Part shown: positions 9,943-16,634 of the stretch, piece by piece
Layout: every line of letters begins with the position of its first letter
Position numbering within the stretch: the first letter of the stretch is position 1
DNA from: Desulfobacterales bacterium
GTDB taxonomy: Bacteria > Desulfobacterota > Desulfobacteria > Desulfobacterales > JAHEIW01
Direction: 5' to 3'
NCBI GenBank assembly: GCA_050116155.1
Contig: JASFPE010000003.1
Span: 1 to 35,723 of the forward strand
DNA: 35,723 nt
Program-made: the position numbers and the translations under genes
Notes under the pieces: generated by a model
What the model saw: the letters and a program-made list of their open reading frames with translations, nothing else
Database searches by the model: none
Told to the model about the DNA's origin: nothing

Positions 9943-11292
9943 ATGGCGCTCAAAGGAGCGGAAATAATGAAAATGTTGCCCAAAACCAACTGCAAAGAAT
10001 GCGGTTATGCAACCTGCTTTGCGTTTGCCATGAAGCTGGCTACCGGGGGCGCTAAACTCGACGACTGCCCTTATCTCGATCCGGAAGTTAAGACACAATT
10101 GGAGGCCGCAATGGCTCCGCCCATAAAGCTTGTGACCATCGGAACCGGCGAAAATGCGCTGTCCATTGGTGAAGAAGAAGTCATGTTTCGGCATGAAAAG
10201 ACCTTCTTTCACGAACCCGGCATCGCCATCCTGATTTCGGATCAAGCAGACGAATCGGAAATCGAAGATAAGTTAAAGCGCGTTAAGGCTTTTGATTTTG
10301 AGAGAATCGGGCAAAAGCTCAGGATCAATCTGCTGGCGCTTTGTTTTGAATCCGGCGATAAGGATAAATTCGAGGCCTTGGTCAAAAAGGCTTATGATAC
10401 CACGGAGTTTGCGCTGATCCTCATCTCGGAGGATACGGATGTCTTGTTTTCCGCCGCCGCCCTGTGTGCGGACAGAAAACCACTGGTGTATCCCATAACC
10501 AATGAGAATATGAGTGCCGCTGTCCCGAAACTCAAGGAACTCGGTGTTCCGGCAGGCGTCAGGGGGGAAAGCATCGAGGCGGTCGTATCCGTGACGTCGG
10601 ATCTAAAAGCCGCAGGAATCGAAGACATGGTTTTGGATCCCGGCTCAAAAAATATGGTGGAAGGCATTCAAAACCAAACCCTCATCAGAAGGGCTGGTTT
10701 GAAAAAGGGTTTCAGGCCCCTGGGTTATCCGACGATTGCCTTTCCCTGTTTCATGTACCCGGATAAATATAAGGAGACGGTGGCCGCCGCCGCCCTGATG
10801 ACCAAATATGCCGGCATCGTGGTGTTGTCTCAAGCCGATGAGCATTTTCTTATGCCGCTGCTGGTACACCGGTTTAATATTTATAGTGATCCCAGAAGGC
10901 CGATGACCGTCGAAGAAAAGGCATACGAGATCGGCAACCCGGATGAGAAATCTCCAATCCTGATCTCCACCAATTATGCCCTGGATTATTTTATCGTGTC
11001 TGCCGCCATTGAGGAGGCCGATATGCCGGCCTATTTATGCATCAAAGACACCGAAGGGCTGGGAGTCATGGCGGCCTGGACCTCCGGCAAGTTCAACGGG
11101 GAGGCGATTGCGGAATTTTTCGAGAAACACGGCATGCAAGACAAAGTTAAACATAGAAAGCTGATCATTCCGGGTGTGGCCAAAAAGCTGGTGGCAGAAT
11201 TGGAGGAGGAGCTTCCCGGTTGGGAAATCATCCTGGGTCCCCTGGAGGGAAGCGATATCCCAAAATTTTTATCTGAGGAGTGGACGGCATAA
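9943..11292 (+). CDS. acsC: Corrinoid iron-sulfur protein large subunit (AcsC/CdhE)
   Basis: N-terminal 4Fe-4S motif LPKTNCKECGYATCFAFA...CPY; FRHEKTF, PLGYP, NIYSDP, HRKLIIPG, LPGWEIILGP. Confidence 0.93.
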   Translation: MALKGAEIMKMLPKTNCKECGYATCFAFAMKLATGGAKLDDCPYLDPEVKTQLEAAMAPPIKLVTIGTGENALSIGEEEVMFRHEKTFFHEPGIAILISDQADESEIEDKLKRVKAFDFERIGQKLRINLLALCFESGDKDKFEALVKKAYDTTEFALILISEDTDVLFSAAALCADRKPLVYPITNENMSAAVPKLKELGVPAGVRGESIEAVVSVTSDLKAAGIEDMVLDPGSKNMVEGIQNQTLIRRAGLKKGFRPLGYPTIAFPCFMYPDKYKETVAAAALMTKYAGIVVLSQADEHFLMPLLVHRFNIYSDPRRPMTVEEKAYEIGNPDEKSPILISTNYALDYFIVSAAIEEADMPAYLCIKDTEGLGVMAAWTSGKFNGEAIAEFFEKHGMQDKVKHRKLIIPGVAKKLVAELEEELPGWEIILGPLEGSDIPKFLSEEWTA

Positions 11293-11819
11293 TGGAAGCG
11301 TTATCTGCGTCCGAAGAACAAGAAATTAGAGCAGGACTCGCTGAAATACTGGCACAGTGTGAGGCAGACCGAAGCCAGCTGATCCCCATTTTACAGAAGG
11401 TACAGGAGAGTTTCGGATATCTTCCCAAGCTGGCCATCAGCGATATCGGATCTCATTTGGGGATGACCGATGTTCAGATTTATGGTGTGGCCTCGTTCTA
11501 TAATCATTTTCGGTACATCCCTCTGGGAAAACATCCCGTTCAGATGTGTATGGGAACGGCATGCCACATGGTCGGCGGCGGGCTGGTTCTGGAAGCCCTG
11601 GAAAGGGCACTGGAAGTTGAAGTGGGCGGAATAACCGCAGACAAAGAGTTCAGTTTGGATAGGGTTGCCTGCATCGGCTGCTGCGGATTGGCTCCGGTGA
11701 TGGTGATTGGTGACAAGATTTTTCCGAAAATGACCTCTACGAAAGTGGACGAAGTGCTGGTCAACCTTAAGATGGAGGAAGAAGAAACTGCCAAGCAAGA
11801 AGCAGAAGAAGAAAATTAG
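11292..11819 (+). CDS. NuoE/HydC/HoxE-like [2Fe-2S] subunit
   Basis: LIPILQKVQ..FGYLP, VASFY, CMGTAC...CIGCC; ATG overlaps the acsC stop (TAATG). Confidence 0.9.
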   Translation: MEALSASEEQEIRAGLAEILAQCEADRSQLIPILQKVQESFGYLPKLAISDIGSHLGMTDVQIYGVASFYNHFRYIPLGKHPVQMCMGTACHMVGGGLVLEALERALEVEVGGITADKEFSLDRVACIGCCGLAPVMVIGDKIFPKMTSTKVDEVLVNLKMEEEETAKQEAEEEN

Positions 11820-11847
11820 GAATTGAGGCATTTATCAATAAGAGAAC

Positions 11848-13779
11848 ATGATGACATTTGATGAAATCAAGCAAAACGCCGTCGCGGAATGGGTGTCATT
11901 AGAACAGGACGGAATCCCGGTGATTCGGATTGGTGCCGCTACCAGTGACCGGGCTGCCGGCGCGTTGGAAGTGATTGCGGAATTCGAAAAAGAGCTTGCC
12001 AGGTTAAAGGTGGAGGCCAGGATTGTGCCGACGGGTTCTGTGGGATATGGCAACTACGAACCTCTCGTGATCATCAGCAAACCCGATTATCCCCGCATCT
12101 GCTATAACAACGTTACGCCGGATGTGGTTCCGCGTCTGGTTGAAGGGTATCTCCAGGAGGATGATCCCTGCATGGAACTGGCGCTGGGGACACTTGAAGG
12201 CGGCGACGACATTGATACTCCGCCCCATATCCCTGAATTGCCCCGCAGTGAGCATGAACAGAGGTTGCTTCTTAGAAATTCCGGATTTATCAATCCAGAG
12301 AATATCAATCACTACATTGCCCTGGGCGGTTACAGCGCTCTGACCAAGGCCCTGGAAATGAACCCGGAGGATATCATCGCGGAAATCAAGCAATCCGGAT
12401 TGCGGGGCAGAGGTGGGGCCGGATTTCCCACCGGCAGAAAACTGGAAGCCTGCCTGATGTCTGCCGATACGCCCAAGTATGTCATCTGCAACGCGGATGA
12501 AGGCGACCCCGGCGCGTTCATGGACCGGGTTGTCCTCGAGAGTGACCCCCATGCCGTTTTAGAGGGCATGATCATCTGTGCTTTTGTGCTGCAATCTTCT
12601 CAAGGGTATATTTATACGCGTATGGAGTATCCTTTGGCCGTGGAACGGCTCCAAACCGCAATTGAACAAGCCAAGCAATTCGGATTGTTGGGCGAAAATA
12701 TCCTGGGAACAGGCTTCAGTTTCGACATCGAGGTGTTTCAAGGTGCCGGGGCTTTTATTTGCGGGGAATCCAGCGCCCTGATGTATTCCCTCGAGGGAAA
12801 AAGAGGCTTCCCGCGGGTCAGACCCCCCCAGTCCATCGCATCCGGGTTTCGGCAAAAGCCCACCCAGCTCAACAACGTCAAATCCTTCGCCTATATCCCC
12901 GTGATCATCGAACGGGGAAGTGAATTCTTTGCTGACATCGGCACCGACGGCAGCAAGGGCACGGCCGTCTTTGCTCTGGCGGGCAAGGTGGAAAACGTCG
13001 GGTTGGTGGAAGTGCCCATGGGAACAACTCTGCGGACGGTCGTCGATGATATCGGCGGAGGCGTAACCGGCGGCAAAACGTTTAAAGGCGTGCAGACCGG
13101 CGGGCCTTCGGGAGGATGTTTGCCGGAATTATTTTTGGATACCCCCATCGACTTTGATTCCCTTCTGGAAGCAGGGGCAATGATGGGATCCGGCGGCATG
13201 ATCATCATGGACGAAGATAACTGCATGGTGGACGCCGCCCGTTTTTTCCTGGACTTCACCGTGCAGGAATCCTGTGGCAAGTGTGTCCTGTGCCGCCTGG
13301 GAACAACCCAGATGCTCAGCATTTTGAACGATATTGTCAGTGGCAAGGGCAATTCCGAGGATATCGAACAGCTCATCGGTTTGGGTGAAGATATCATCGC
13401 CGGATCCTTGTGCGGCCTGGGAAAATCGGCCCCAAACCCGGTGCTGACCACCATTCGATATTTTAAAGACGAGTACGAAGCCCATATTCAGGAAAAACGC
13501 TGTCCGGCACTGGTGTGCAGTGACCTGATTGCCTATTACATCATTCCGGAAAAATGTTACCGCGGGTGCGAGCACTGTATCGTCGTTTGTCCCACCGAAG
13601 CCATTGTCGAGCACCCCAAACGCTATAAGGTAGTTGATCAAGAAAAATGCGTCAAATGTGGAAATTGTTTGGAAGTCTGTCCTCCCGAATATGACGCGGT
13701 GGTCAAAATTTCACCCATCAGTGAGGTACCCCCCAGTGAGATGCCATCCGCTGAGGCGCCGCCCGACGAGGATGAATAA
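11848..13779 (+). CDS. NuoF/HydB/HoxF-like FMN- and NAD(H)-binding subunit with C-terminal 2x[4Fe-4S]
   Basis: SGLRGRGGAGFPTG, CNADEGDPGAFMDR, GAGAFICGE, GGPSGGC, ESCGKCVLCR..SLCGLG, HIQEKRCPALVC, two ferredoxin motifs. Confidence 0.92.
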   Translation: MMTFDEIKQNAVAEWVSLEQDGIPVIRIGAATSDRAAGALEVIAEFEKELARLKVEARIVPTGSVGYGNYEPLVIISKPDYPRICYNNVTPDVVPRLVEGYLQEDDPCMELALGTLEGGDDIDTPPHIPELPRSEHEQRLLLRNSGFINPENINHYIALGGYSALTKALEMNPEDIIAEIKQSGLRGRGGAGFPTGRKLEACLMSADTPKYVICNADEGDPGAFMDRVVLESDPHAVLEGMIICAFVLQSSQGYIYTRMEYPLAVERLQTAIEQAKQFGLLGENILGTGFSFDIEVFQGAGAFICGESSALMYSLEGKRGFPRVRPPQSIASGFRQKPTQLNNVKSFAYIPVIIERGSEFFADIGTDGSKGTAVFALAGKVENVGLVEVPMGTTLRTVVDDIGGGVTGGKTFKGVQTGGPSGGCLPELFLDTPIDFDSLLEAGAMMGSGGMIIMDEDNCMVDAARFFLDFTVQESCGKCVLCRLGTTQMLSILNDIVSGKGNSEDIEQLIGLGEDIIAGSLCGLGKSAPNPVLTTIRYFKDEYEAHIQEKRCPALVCSDLIAYYIIPEKCYRGCEHCIVVCPTEAIVEHPKRYKVVDQEKCVKCGNCLEVCPPEYDAVVKISPISEVPPSEMPSAEAPPDEDE

Positions 13780-13781
13780 GC

Positions 13782-14462
13782 ATGCAACAAGTTGAATTAA
13801 CCATCGATGAAAAACCCGTCAAGGCCGACGCCGGGACCAAGATTTTAGATGCCGCATTGGCGGCCGACATATACATTCCCAACCTATGTTATATACCCGA
13901 GGCCGAACTCCCCTATGGGGGGTGCCGCCTGTGTTATGTCCATGTCGAAGGCCGCGGCCTGGTGACCGCGTGTACGTTGCCGGTACAAAACGGCATGAAG
14001 GTGCAGACCCAGACTCCGGAAGTCATGCGGGTCCGGCGGACTGCCTATAAGTTGCTTATCGCTTACCATAACCTTGATTGTCGGGCCTGCTGGAAGAACA
14101 AAAAATGCGATCTGCAAAAACTTGCGGCCAAAGTCAAAGTCAAGCTCAAGCGGCCCGAAGACTTCAGAGGATTGCCCACGGAGTTTCTGCCGCTGGACAC
14201 TACCAATCCCTATATCACCTACGATCCCATTCAGTGCCTTATTTGCGGCAAATGTGTCTGGGTGTGCAGTCGGCTGCATGGAGAGCCGCTGCTGGATTTT
14301 GCCTATCGGGGAAATAAGACCAGACTGACGCTGTCTCCAGACGCCTCATTGGTAGAGGAAAAATGTCCTTCCTGTGGTCAGTGTGCAGCCGTATGCCCGA
14401 CTGCTGCGTTACGGCCCCAGGAGCCCTTAGCACAAGAGGAGCGCTCCGGAGAGGTTAGATAG
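13782..14462 (+). CDS. NuoG N-terminal / HoxU-like Fe-S subunit with no catalytic domain
   Basis: IPNLC..GGCRLC..TAC [2Fe-2S]; HNLDCRAC.....C His(Cys)3; CLICGKCVWVC and CPSCGQCAAVCP; only 226 aa. Confidence 0.88.
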   Translation: MQQVELTIDEKPVKADAGTKILDAALAADIYIPNLCYIPEAELPYGGCRLCYVHVEGRGLVTACTLPVQNGMKVQTQTPEVMRVRRTAYKLLIAYHNLDCRACWKNKKCDLQKLAAKVKVKLKRPEDFRGLPTEFLPLDTTNPYITYDPIQCLICGKCVWVCSRLHGEPLLDFAYRGNKTRLTLSPDASLVEEKCPSCGQCAAVCPTAALRPQEPLAQEERSGEVR

Positions 14463-14473
14463 TAAAACATTTA

Positions 14474-14590
14474 TGCCACTAAGACACAAAGACACAAAGT
14501 TGAATATTAACCAAAATGTTCCGCGTTTCGCTTGGCGTCTTGGTGCCTTTGTGGCAAATTATTCTCCGCCTCCGGCGGATCCGGATTAGG
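14474..14590. repeat. Palindromic 8-bp-period element (CACAAAGA-like arms) plus small GC hairpin
   Basis: tgccactaagacacaaagacacaaag ... cttggcgtcttggtgcctttgtggca; then tccgcctccggcgga at 14565-14579. Confidence 0.7.
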
Positions 14591-14632
14591 TCGTAAGAAT
14601 ATCAAATAACAACACACTAAAGGGAGTAAACA

Positions 14633-15679
14633 ATGACTGAATTGACACCAAAACAGAGGGTAATGAAACTTTTCAATAAAGAGCCGATCGATGTCATGCC
14701 CGTTTTTAGCGGTCAGGGTATGGTCCTCATCCAGGCGATCCAGGAGATGGGCATTCGATTCCCGCAGGTCCATACGTCGGCCGAATATATGGCCGGTTCG
14801 GCGATCAAAACAGCTGAAATGTTCGACTTTGACGCCTTGATCATCCCCTATGACATGTGCACCATTCCCGAAGCGATGGGAAGGGGCATCAGTCTGTATG
14901 AAGAATCGGATGATATCCTTTTTCCGACCGTTCCATATAAGTGGAATTCCCTGGATGATGTGGAATTCCCCGACGATATCCTCGAAAGGGGTCGGATGCC
15001 CTTGGTAGACGAGGCCATTAAAATTGGCAAGGCTTACGAGAACGAAAAGTATGCCGTCGGTGGATGGCTACTGGGGCCTTTCACCATGGCCGGCCAGGTT
15101 TATGAACTGGACCTGTTGCTGAAGGGACTTAGAAAAGACAAAGATAGAATCGAGGCCTTTTTATCGGATATGACCGATTTGGTAATTAAGATCGGTCAAC
15201 ACTATGAGCAAATCGGCGTGGACTACATCAGTATCCGGGAGATGGGTTCGGGATCGGACCTTATTTCGCCGCGCATGTGGAAAACGCTCATCCAGCCAAA
15301 CCTCACAAGGGTTTTTGACTCCTTGAAAATACCAACGATCAATCATATCTGCGGATCTACCGACCTGATTATTGAGATGATGCACGAATGCGGGGCCGAT
15401 GCCATCAGTGTGGATCACAAGAATACGGTTACTGAAACGCGAAAGAAGCTCGGAGACGATGTCCTGCTGTTCGGATATTTTAATCCCTATGACGCCCTGG
15501 TTACCGGCGATGTTGCCGACGTGGAGCCGGAGATCAAAAAGAACATCGACGACGGCGTGGATGCAGTATGGCCGGGATGTGATCTGTGGCCGGATGTTAA
15601 AAGAGAGAATGTCGAGGCCTATGTCCGCACCGTAAGGGAATACGGCAAAAAAGCTTCACCGGCCGTAGGAAGACTCTAA
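14633..15679 (+). CDS. MtaA/CmuA (UroD-fold) cobalamin-dependent methyltransferase
   Basis: TPKQRV..., IIPYD...EAMG, RGRMPLVDEAI, GPFTMAG, Zn-type HICG and PGC motifs; directly upstream of a corrinoid protein. Confidence 0.85.
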   Translation: MTELTPKQRVMKLFNKEPIDVMPVFSGQGMVLIQAIQEMGIRFPQVHTSAEYMAGSAIKTAEMFDFDALIIPYDMCTIPEAMGRGISLYEESDDILFPTVPYKWNSLDDVEFPDDILERGRMPLVDEAIKIGKAYENEKYAVGGWLLGPFTMAGQVYELDLLLKGLRKDKDRIEAFLSDMTDLVIKIGQHYEQIGVDYISIREMGSGSDLISPRMWKTLIQPNLTRVFDSLKIPTINHICGSTDLIIEMMHECGADAISVDHKNTVTETRKKLGDDVLLFGYFNPYDALVTGDVADVEPEIKKNIDDGVDAVWPGCDLWPDVKRENVEAYVRTVREYGKKASPAVGRL

Positions 15680-15751
15680 GCCAGGTTTTCGAAATTTCTA
15701 TTACAAACCGGAACAAGGGGTATTTAGCGGCTTAAATCCTGGTTTGTGACA

Positions 15752-15853
15752 TGGAATAATGGAATGGTGGAATAATGGAATATTGGTTTTAAAAGGAATG
15801 AATCCGTTTAAATAGAACCCAACATTCCAGCATTCCATGACTCCAACATTCCA
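15752..15853. repeat. Palindromic 8-bp-period element (TGGAATAA-like / ATTCCA arms)
   Basis: tggaataa-tggaatgg-tggaataa-tggaatat-tgg ... ccaacattccagcattccatgactccaacattcca. Confidence 0.75.
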
Positions 15854-15923
15854 ATTACATGAAACACCTCAGATACTATGTTTTACAACTTTAAGAGATG
15901 TACCAAATCATAAGGAGGGTACT

Positions 15924-16595
15924 ATGGACGATGCAAGAAAAAAAGAAATTCTTGAAAAATTGGCCGAAGCCGTTGTGGAATACGATGAAGACATGGCCAA
16001 AGAGTGGTCACAGGTCGCGCTGGACGAGAACATGGATGCATTTGAGGCCATCATGAACGGTCTGGCGGCGGGTATGGAAACCGTTGGTGACCTCTATGAC
16101 CAACAGGAATATTTTGTTCCCGAGATGCTGATGTGTGCCGACGCCCTGTATGCCGGACTGGATATTCTCAGGCCTCACATCAAAGCGGACGAACGAAAGA
16201 GAATGGGACAGGTGGTTATCGGCACGGTGCAGGGGGATGTGCATGACATTGGTAAAAATATAATTAAACTCATGTTTGATGTGGGCGGTTTTGAAGTTCA
16301 TGATCTGGGGCGCGATGTTCCCCTGGAGAAATTTGTGGAAGAACAGATGAAAACCGATTCGGAAATTGTGGCCATGTCGGCCATGATGACCACCACCATG
16401 ACGGGCATGAAAAAGGTCATCGAGATGATCAAGGAAAAGAATCCAGATGTGGCCATCATGCTGGGCGGGGCCCCGGTGACGCAAGACGTGGCAGACCTGT
16501 TTGGCGCAGACGGTTACGCGGAATCGGCCGGCAATGCCGTTCAGGAAGCCATTAAGATGATCAGCCAGTTGAGAAAACTGCAGGAAAAGGGTTAA
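15924..16595 (+). CDS. Methyltransferase cognate corrinoid protein (MtaC/MttC-like)
   Basis: Cap domain (EYFVPEML), GTVQGDVHDIGKN (DxHxxG), DLGRDVP, SAMMTTT, GGAP, GADGYA; AAGGAGG before ATG 15924. Confidence 0.92.
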   Translation: MDDARKKEILEKLAEAVVEYDEDMAKEWSQVALDENMDAFEAIMNGLAAGMETVGDLYDQQEYFVPEMLMCADALYAGLDILRPHIKADERKRMGQVVIGTVQGDVHDIGKNIIKLMFDVGGFEVHDLGRDVPLEKFVEEQMKTDSEIVAMSAMMTTTMTGMKKVIEMIKEKNPDVAIMLGGAPVTQDVADLFGADGYAESAGNAVQEAIKMISQLRKLQEKG

Positions 16596-16634
16596 CACAG
16601 ACTGAAAGAAGGAGAGATGCAAATGGAGGATAAA

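Noticed and set aside
9943-11292. HgcA mercury methylase
   Set aside because: No N(V/I)WCA(A/G)GK cap-helix Cys, no C-terminal TM domain and no hgcB; this is a full-length AcsC.
11292-14462. Respiratory complex I or a hydrogenase
   Set aside because: No other nuo subunits, no H-cluster motifs and no NiFe subunits in the window.
13782-14465. Pyrrolysine/selenocysteine read-through or frameshift extending the NuoG-like gene
   Set aside because: The TAG is followed immediately by an in-frame TAA and then a repeat element; no catalytic domain follows.
15837-15923. N-terminal extension of the corrinoid protein
   Set aside because: It begins inside a repeat arm; a strong RBS precedes ATG 15924.
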